Shown: piece after piece, positions 58,078-64,000 of the stretch
Position numbering within the stretch: the first letter of the stretch is position 1
Layout of the letters: the number at the start of each line of letters is the position of its first letter
From: Desulfomicrobium sp.
GTDB taxonomy: Bacteria > Desulfobacterota > Desulfovibrionia > Desulfovibrionales > Desulfomicrobiaceae
Reading direction: 5' to 3'
DNA length: 64,000 nt
Assembly (NCBI GenBank): GCA_040768745.1
Contig: JAXGMI010000002.1
Span: 672,001 to 736,000 of the forward strand
Translations under genes and position numbers: made by a program
Notes under the pieces: model-generated
What the model was told of the DNA's origin: nothing
What the model saw: only the letters and a program-made list of their open reading frames with translations
Database searches by the model: none

Positions 58078-58938
58078 ATGCATTCGGTCAGAAAACTCGC
58101 CAGAATCGATTTCAATATACCCGGCGTAAAAGTGGTCGGGATGGAGCTGATAACCCTGCTCAATGCCCCGGAACCGAACATGGTCGAGATCGCCCGCACC
58201 GCCGAACTGGACCCGGCTGTTCTGGGATCCATCCTGGCCTGCGCCAATTCTCCGCTCTACGGAGGCATAACGGAAGTGGTCGACTTGCGGGTGGCCCTGC
58301 CCAGACTGGGCCTCAAAGAAATTCGGCGCATCATTTTTCATGTCGTGCTGGAGTCGGCCTTTCGCTCCGACAATGCCGAAGCCAACACGGTGTTGCGCGA
58401 ACTCTGGCGCCTGAGTCTGACCGTTGCCCTGATCATGCAGCGCCTCATACCCGACTGTCCGCAAGTGCGCAGCCTCCCGGTGGACAGGTTGGCCATGGTT
58501 TATCCCCTGGGACTCATGCACTCTATCGGCATTCCGGTCCTGCTCATCAATTTCTTTGATATTTTCGCGAAAGTCCTGCGCGAGGGGGTGGACCCATCCC
58601 AACCCCAGATGTTCCATCGGGAAAAGGGGCTTTTCGACGGATTCGACCACTGCGTCCTGGGGTCGGAACTGGTCAGCCGCTGGGGCTTTCCGGACTTCTT
58701 CTGCGATGTGATTGGCGCTTACCATCAGGCGAACCCGGACCTCAACGCGCACAGCCGCGTTCTGCACTCGCTGCTCCGCTATGCGCGCTATCTTGCCGCG
58801 GACCTTGTCGCAGCCGATGACACGCACCAGGACTACTGGCTGCAGGGAAACATGCTGGACACCTCGTCGGTGGATCCCGTGTCGGTCATGGCCGATGTCA
58901 TCGACCAGATCAGCAACATCCCGCTCATGCTGAAATGA
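58078..58938 (+). CDS. HDOD-domain protein
   Basis: DPAVLGSILACANSPLYG, RLG, GLMHSIG, DHCVLG..W.FP....I..YH; GGAGG RBS. Confidence 0.85.
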   Translation: MHSVRKLARIDFNIPGVKVVGMELITLLNAPEPNMVEIARTAELDPAVLGSILACANSPLYGGITEVVDLRVALPRLGLKEIRRIIFHVVLESAFRSDNAEANTVLRELWRLSLTVALIMQRLIPDCPQVRSLPVDRLAMVYPLGLMHSIGIPVLLINFFDIFAKVLREGVDPSQPQMFHREKGLFDGFDHCVLGSELVSRWGFPDFFCDVIGAYHQANPDLNAHSRVLHSLLRYARYLAADLVAADDTHQDYWLQGNMLDTSSVDPVSVMADVIDQISNIPLMLK

Positions 58939-59037
58939 CGGAGACAGGCCCTTTCAGCAATTCCACAGCCCACTGGCCGCGTCCCGGCATGGAGCCGGCC
59001 ATGCATGAAGGCATCGGCTGAGGCATGCCCTTCCGGC

Positions 59038-59060
59038 TCGGCCGCGCTGTGCGCGGCCGA
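59038..59060. terminator. Stem-loop between the convergent HDOD and FadL-like genes
   Basis: TCGGCCGCGC-TGT-GCGCGGCCGA. Confidence 0.5.
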
Positions 59061-59066
59061 TTGCGA

Positions 59067-60323
59067 TTAGAATCGGTAGGTCAGGCTGAGACCGCCCATG
59101 TGCGCATGGGCATCTTCCCGCGTCAGCTCGACGATGCCCTCCCGGGGAGTCCTCGGCTCGTAATCGCGGTCCTTCATCCACAGGTAGCCATAGGACACGT
59201 CCGCGGTCCAGGCCTCGTTTATCCTCCATCCTGCGCCCAGGGTCACGATCTGGCGGTCGGTGCAGGGCACGGCGAAATCCTCGTAATCGTCGTTGACCGG
59301 GGACTGGTCGTAAACATAGCCGGCACGCAGGGCCACGGTATCCGTCAGGGCGTACTCGGCGCCGAACTCGAAGCGCCAGGTGTTGCTCCAGTGCTTGGGG
59401 GCGGAGACGTCGCCCAGAATCTCGTCGTACTCGATGACCAGTTCCTTGTAGGCGCTCCAGTTCGTCCACACGGCGTCAAACTCGAGGCTCAGACGGTCCA
59501 TGGGCTTGACCATGACGCCCATGGTCACGGACTCGGGCACGGGCTCGGTGCCGGAGACATCGATGCTGTCCTTGAGAGGGGTCATGGAGAGCGGGACGAC
59601 ACCCTTCTGGCTGAACTCGGCCTCCCCGTCGACCGTGAGCTGGATCTCGCTGCGCCACAGGATGCCGAAAGCAAGCCAGTCATAGGGGCGGTAACGGGCA
59701 GCCAGGCTCATGCCGTACCCCCACCCGTCGGCGGATATCTCCTGCTTGATGTCGCCCGTGTTCGTCGCCGGGTTGTATGCCCTGAGAACGTCCGAGGTCA
59801 TGTGGTATCCGAAGTCCAGGTAGGTCATGTCCACGCCAACGGCCAGGGAGAAGGCGTCGGAGAACTTCATGGCCAGATTGGGGGTGAAGCTCACGGACTT
59901 GATGGCAGCGTAGGAGCAACTGTAGCGTCCGGCCCAGGTGTCGGGGTCGTCGTAGTCCGTGCCCAGGCCCACGCGCGAGAACATGCCCATGCCGAACCAG
60001 TAGTTGTCCGAGAGCTGCCGGGTGTAGTACATGGTCGGCAGGGGCCAGACGTGGTCCGCGAAGTCCATGCTTTCGAGGCCTTCCTGATGGACGTCCATGG
60101 TCGCCGAGGGGGCCACGGCCGTGAAGCCGAGCTGGAACTGGTCGCCAGGCAGGTCCGTGATGGCCGCCGGGTTGTAGGCCACGGCCGAAGGGTCCGCATC
60201 CCTGGCCACCATTGCCCCGCCCAGGGCGTTGCCCCTGGCACTCCATTCGTAGATTCCGTATCCCGCCGCCCAGACCTGCCACGGCATGAGCGCCAACACC
60301 AAGCCCACGATCCATCTGCGCAT
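59067..60323 (-). CDS. FadL/OmpP1/TodX-family outer-membrane transporter
   Basis: Signal peptide, AGYGIYEWSARG, YNPA hatch motif, LRAGYVYDQSP, terminal YRF. Confidence 0.92.
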   Translation of the reverse strand: MRRWIVGLVLALMPWQVWAAGYGIYEWSARGNALGGAMVARDADPSAVAYNPAAITDLPGDQFQLGFTAVAPSATMDVHQEGLESMDFADHVWPLPTMYYTRQLSDNYWFGMGMFSRVGLGTDYDDPDTWAGRYSCSYAAIKSVSFTPNLAMKFSDAFSLAVGVDMTYLDFGYHMTSDVLRAYNPATNTGDIKQEISADGWGYGMSLAARYRPYDWLAFGILWRSEIQLTVDGEAEFSQKGVVPLSMTPLKDSIDVSGTEPVPESVTMGVMVKPMDRLSLEFDAVWTNWSAYKELVIEYDEILGDVSAPKHWSNTWRFEFGAEYALTDTVALRAGYVYDQSPVNDDYEDFAVPCTDRQIVTLGAGWRINEAWTADVSYGYLWMKDRDYEPRTPREGIVELTREDAHAHMGGLSLTYRF

Positions 60324-60470
60324 CTCTTCCCTCCCTCTTGTGATTTTCCCGGCCGAAGTTGACAGGGCCCGGCGACTGTAGCAGGCAAAGATAAAAATTC
60401 AATGAATCGTGATGCAATAATTATTCATATTTCATTAATACCCCGAACCCCCTTCATTCCCGGTGAATCC

Positions 60471-62102
60471 ATGAACCGCTCCGACCTCGTCGCGTTTTAT
60501 GCCCCCCGTCTCGAAAGCATGTCGGACCCTGCCCTGGTCATGGACCAGGGCGGCAACGTGCTCTACGCCAACCGCACCCTGCGGGAAATGGGCAACACCC
60601 CGTCCGGCGCACTTGCGCCCGGGGATCTCACGGAAGAGCTCAGATCCTTGGTCCGCGACTGGGAGCTCCAAAAGCCCGAAGACGATCGGCCTCCTGTGCG
60701 GGAATTCCGGCTGCGCGTCGTCCTGCCCGACGGGGCGGGCACGCGCCACGTGAACTGGAAGTGCGCGGCCGTCCCCGCCGCCGACGGCATTGCGGCGCTG
60801 GCCTGGGGGACATTCAAGTCCACGGGTCCGGGCCGGGAGATGGGTTTCACCGTCCTGTCCAGCGGCATCATTCAGGCCGCCAGCCCCGCCCTGTGCACTG
60901 TCTGCGGCTATTCGCGGGACGAGCTGGTCGGTCGCCTGGCCCGGCATTTCTACTACACGGCCGCCTCGCGCCGACGCATCGTCAACCAGCTGAACGAACG
61001 CAGCGAGGTGGAGAACGGCGTCGTGACCTTGCGCCGCAAGGACGGCTCGCCCCTGACCCTGTGGTACAGCGCCGAGGCCATCCGCGACGGCAGTGGCCAG
61101 ATCCAGGCCTACAGCGGATTTTTCCAGCAGCGGCCATTCCCCTTCTTGTCCAAGCTGGCGGGGGAATTCTCCCTCATCGTCGACGCCCTGCCCGACCTGG
61201 CCTGGGTCAGCAGCCGCGACCTGCGCATCGTCGCCGCCAACCAGGCCTATCTGCAGGCCTACGGCCGGACCCGCGAAGAGGTCATCGGCCGCACCGAGTA
61301 CGACTTCTTGGAGCCGCGGCAGGCCCGCTTCCCCATCGAGGCGGCCATCAAGGTCTTCGACGAGAAGCAGGAGCTTCTTCACCCGGCGGTCCCTCATCTC
61401 GCGGACCCGCAGGTCTGGTATCGCGTCATCCGCCGGCCCATCTTCGACGACGACCGGCAGGAAGTCATCGGTCTGCTGGGCATTGCCCAGGACATCACCA
61501 CCAAGGTCCTGCAGGAAAACGCATTCATGGAGCAGTTGCGAGCCTGCACCGAGGATGTGGTCGTGGTCACCGATGACCAGGGCAGGATCCTGCGGCGCTC
61601 CACGCAAACCCTGAATCCCTCCATTTATGGACGCCCTGGGCTTTACGACGCCTACACCCTGGACATGCGACCCGTCCTCGACCTCCTGCATGCCGCGGAC
61701 CTGCCCGCTGTCCGCCAGGCCATGCACGTGGTCATGCGTGAACACCGCGAGCAGTATCTGGAGTGCCGCATCCGCAACCAGGCTGGCAGCTATTCGACGG
61801 TCATGGCCAGGCTGATCTTCAATGACTCCATCTACGGTGAGCCACGCATGTACGTAGTGGCCCGGGACATTTCTGAACTGAAGGGTCTCCGCGGGGTCTC
61901 GCTGGTCATCGAGCGGCTCAAGAAAGCCTCGGGATCACGTACGGATCGGGAATTGGCCTCCTTTCTGAATGTCTCGGCCGCGTCCATCTCCAACGCCCGC
62001 AGAAACCTCCGCATCCCTCCGGATTGGATCATTGACACCGGCCTGCGGACCGGAACGTCCATCGACTGGATTGTTTCCGGCAGCGGTTCTGCCCCGGGCT
62101 GA
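60471..62102 (+). CDS. Multi-PAS protein with C-terminal phage CI-repressor-type HTH
   Basis: PAS motifs (YANRTL, GYSRDELVG..RRKDGS, AANQAY..EEVIG, LLHAAD..CRIRN); C-terminus TDRELASFLNVSAASISNARR..IPPDW...IDWIVSG. Confidence 0.8.
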   Translation: MNRSDLVAFYAPRLESMSDPALVMDQGGNVLYANRTLREMGNTPSGALAPGDLTEELRSLVRDWELQKPEDDRPPVREFRLRVVLPDGAGTRHVNWKCAAVPAADGIAALAWGTFKSTGPGREMGFTVLSSGIIQAASPALCTVCGYSRDELVGRLARHFYYTAASRRRIVNQLNERSEVENGVVTLRRKDGSPLTLWYSAEAIRDGSGQIQAYSGFFQQRPFPFLSKLAGEFSLIVDALPDLAWVSSRDLRIVAANQAYLQAYGRTREEVIGRTEYDFLEPRQARFPIEAAIKVFDEKQELLHPAVPHLADPQVWYRVIRRPIFDDDRQEVIGLLGIAQDITTKVLQENAFMEQLRACTEDVVVVTDDQGRILRRSTQTLNPSIYGRPGLYDAYTLDMRPVLDLLHAADLPAVRQAMHVVMREHREQYLECRIRNQAGSYSTVMARLIFNDSIYGEPRMYVVARDISELKGLRGVSLVIERLKKASGSRTDRELASFLNVSAASISNARRNLRIPPDWIIDTGLRTGTSIDWIVSGSGSAPG

Positions 62103-62198
62103 GGTCGTGGGCCAAGGAATTCCCATCGTTGCTCTCATGTTGTGCTTGGCGCACGACACGCGTACACGGATAACGCAACATCCATGTGTATGTGAGGT

Positions 62199-63527
62199 AT
62201 GATCGTGAAAACAATACATTATCTTGTTTGCATACTCCTTTTGACCTCGGCCTGTGCCGGAAATCAGGCAAAGTCCACCCGTCCGGCCGAATGGCTGGCC
62301 CTCAATCAGGAGTTCATCCGCTTGTACGCGCAGGGGGACTATGACAGGGCATTGATCACAGCCCAGAGGGAAGTGGATCTGGCCGGGGGATTTTCTCCGA
62401 GAGAAAATGCTGACTTAGCAACCTCGCTGAACAACCTGGGAGTAGCCTTCACTGCCCTGGGCCGCTTCGCCGAGGCCGAGTCTCCGCTGCGGCGGGCCCT
62501 GGCCATGCGCGAGAAGTTGTTGGGATTCAATCACCTGGAAGTAGCCACAACCCTTGGGAATCTTGGCGAGCTCTACGCGGCCCGGAACATGCCTTCCGAA
62601 GCGGAAGACGCGTTCATCCGGGCTTTGGAAATCCGCGAGGCCGCATTGGGTCCGGAAAATCCCGACTTGGCCGACACCCTGCACAACCTGGGAAAGCTTT
62701 ACTATCAGAAGGGACTCCTGGACCAGGGCGAGACCTCGCTCAAGCGCGCCTTGCTGATCCGCGAAAAAACCCTCGGACCGGACAGCGCGCACGTGGGACA
62801 GACCCTCGACAACCTGGCAGGCATTGCCCAAACCCGCCGTGAGTACCACAAAGCCCAGATCCTGCTGGAACGCTCCCTGGCCATCAAGGAGAAAGCCCTT
62901 GGACCTGATCATCCCTGGCTCATGAACACCCTGACCAACCTGACAGAAACCCTCATGGCCCAGGGGCAGGTGGCCGACGCCGAATCAGTCATCCGCCGGG
63001 CCGTCGCCATCGGAGAAAAGGTCTATGGCCCTGAAAACGTGACCATGGCCGTACCCCTGACCACCCTCGGCAACCTGGCCACTGCCCAGGGCAAGTACCA
63101 GGAGGCAGAACAGGTGTATGTCAGAGCCCTGAACCTCCGAGCCAGGGCCCTCCCTGCGGATCATATGGACATGGCCCTTTCCCTGGGCAATCTGGCCACC
63201 CTCTATTATCTGCAGGAACGCTTCACCGAAGCGGAGCCCCTGTACGAACGCGCTCTGGCCATCAGCGAGGCGCAACTCGGCCCGGACCACGCCGATGTGG
63301 CCCAACTCCTGCATAACGTTGGCGTTCTCAATCGCAAGCTCGGCAATCTGGACCAGGCGGAAACCAACTTTCTGCGCGCCCTGGCCATCCGCGAGAAGGT
63401 CTTCGGCATGTCCGACCCCCTGGTCGCCGAGACGCTGGAGGCCCTGGCCATAGTTCTCAGAGAAAACGGGGACGCGATTGGAGCCATCCAGTATGCCGAT
63501 CGCGCCAAGGCCATTCGTGTCAAATAA
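62199..63527 (+). CDS. TPR-repeat lipoprotein (42-aa kinesin-light-chain-type repeats)
   Basis: Lipobox-like LTSAC; about 8 repeats of A.TL.NL..LY...G...EAE....RAL.I.EK.LGP.H. Confidence 0.9.
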   Translation: MIVKTIHYLVCILLLTSACAGNQAKSTRPAEWLALNQEFIRLYAQGDYDRALITAQREVDLAGGFSPRENADLATSLNNLGVAFTALGRFAEAESPLRRALAMREKLLGFNHLEVATTLGNLGELYAARNMPSEAEDAFIRALEIREAALGPENPDLADTLHNLGKLYYQKGLLDQGETSLKRALLIREKTLGPDSAHVGQTLDNLAGIAQTRREYHKAQILLERSLAIKEKALGPDHPWLMNTLTNLTETLMAQGQVADAESVIRRAVAIGEKVYGPENVTMAVPLTTLGNLATAQGKYQEAEQVYVRALNLRARALPADHMDMALSLGNLATLYYLQERFTEAEPLYERALAISEAQLGPDHADVAQLLHNVGVLNRKLGNLDQAETNFLRALAIREKVFGMSDPLVAETLEALAIVLRENGDAIGAIQYADRAKAIRVK

Positions 63528-63686
63528 TCCCAGAAGGATGTGCCGTGTTCGAACCGAAAAATTGACACTGCCAATCCACGCGTGCGCGGAATAGACGTTT
63601 TCCTGTTTTTCCGTTAGGCCTCTCCGCAGAGAATCACAGGTCTGAACCATGAACTTATTCGAACAGAAAGAAAGGGTTGCAGCGTA

Positions 63687-64000
63687 ATGTTCGCAGTAAT
63701 CGGCATATTGGTCGTCATTGGCTGTGTCGTCGGGGGCTACCTCATGGGACATGGCAATCTTTCGGTGCTGTGGCAGCCGGCGGAATTTGTCATCATCGTT
63801 GGCGCGGCACTGGGCTCTTTTCTGATTTCCTCGCCCATGCCGGTCATCAAGCTGACGTTCAAAGGCTTCGCCAGCGTTCTCACTGCAAAAAGCCCCGGAA
63901 AAAGCGAGTACCTGCAGCTTTTGCGGGCCCTGTACGATCTGCTGAACCTGGCCAAGCACGAAGGCATCATCGCCCTGGAAAGTCATGCCAACAAACCCAA
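63687..64000 (+). CDS. motA: Flagellar motor stator MotA (5' part, runs off the window)
   Basis: MFAVIGILVVIGCVVGGYLMGHGNLSVLWQPAEFVIIVGAALG...KHEGIIALESH; not in the ORF track because it is incomplete. Confidence 0.92.
   Translation, partial: MFAVIGILVVIGCVVGGYLMGHGNLSVLWQPAEFVIIVGAALGSFLISSPMPVIKLTFKGFASVLTAKSPGKSEYLQLLRALYDLLNLAKHEGIIALESHANKP

Noticed and set aside
61900..62102. CI-like repressor as evidence of a prophage
   Set aside because: It is a domain fused to PAS repeats; no integrase, structural or replication genes nearby
62160..62193. Imperfect hairpin just before the TPR gene RBS
   Set aside because: Weak stem with bulges and G-U pairs; nothing supports a regulatory role
62380..63450. 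Periodic ~126-bp similarity resembling an array
   Set aside because: Degenerate 42-aa TPR coding repeats, not CRISPR; no identical repeats with unique spacers and no cas genes

Overview
GC-rich chromosomal window from a sulfate-reducing deltaproteobacterium (Desulfovibrionales, probably Desulfomicrobium-like; inferred from gene content). About 64 CDS and one tRNA-Gln(TTG); no rRNA, CRISPR array, integrase or transposase was seen. The housekeeping core (about 10.8-33 kb) holds glk, secF-secD-yajC, a BepA-like protease, nadE, rho, carD, pth, rplY, prs, tRNA-Gln, ispE, a DegP/DegQ-family protease, a cyclophilin, rimI, an mreB paralogue, gcvT and rsmE. Accessory blocks are: (1) a sigma54-promoter KamA aminomutase with ATP-grasp ligase(s); (2) DUF4212-ActP-like symporter-DUF294 nucleotidyltransferase-DEDDh exonuclease; (3) a frameshifted Fe-S gene and a ~190-bp MITE-like element; (4) a sigma54 locus with TauE and a receiver-only phosphorelay; (5) an orange-protein (orp) cluster with two DUF134 genes and a sigma70-like promoter; (6) an orphan PhnD-like binding protein-histidine kinase-receiver-PPDK-like kinase-phosphatase operon; (7) a multi-PAS/phage-CI-HTH regulator divergent from a FadL-type channel. 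Best candidates for an undescribed system: a split enhancer-binding-protein pair in block 4 (one partner has intact AAA+/GAFTGA/HTH but no sensor; the other has a CX8CX3C PAS sensor, a degenerate AAA+ and no HTH, with CGGCAA-N4-TTGCCG palindromes nearby) and the PPDK-like kinase/phosphatase operon in block 6. All family calls come from motif recognition by eye; no database searches were run.
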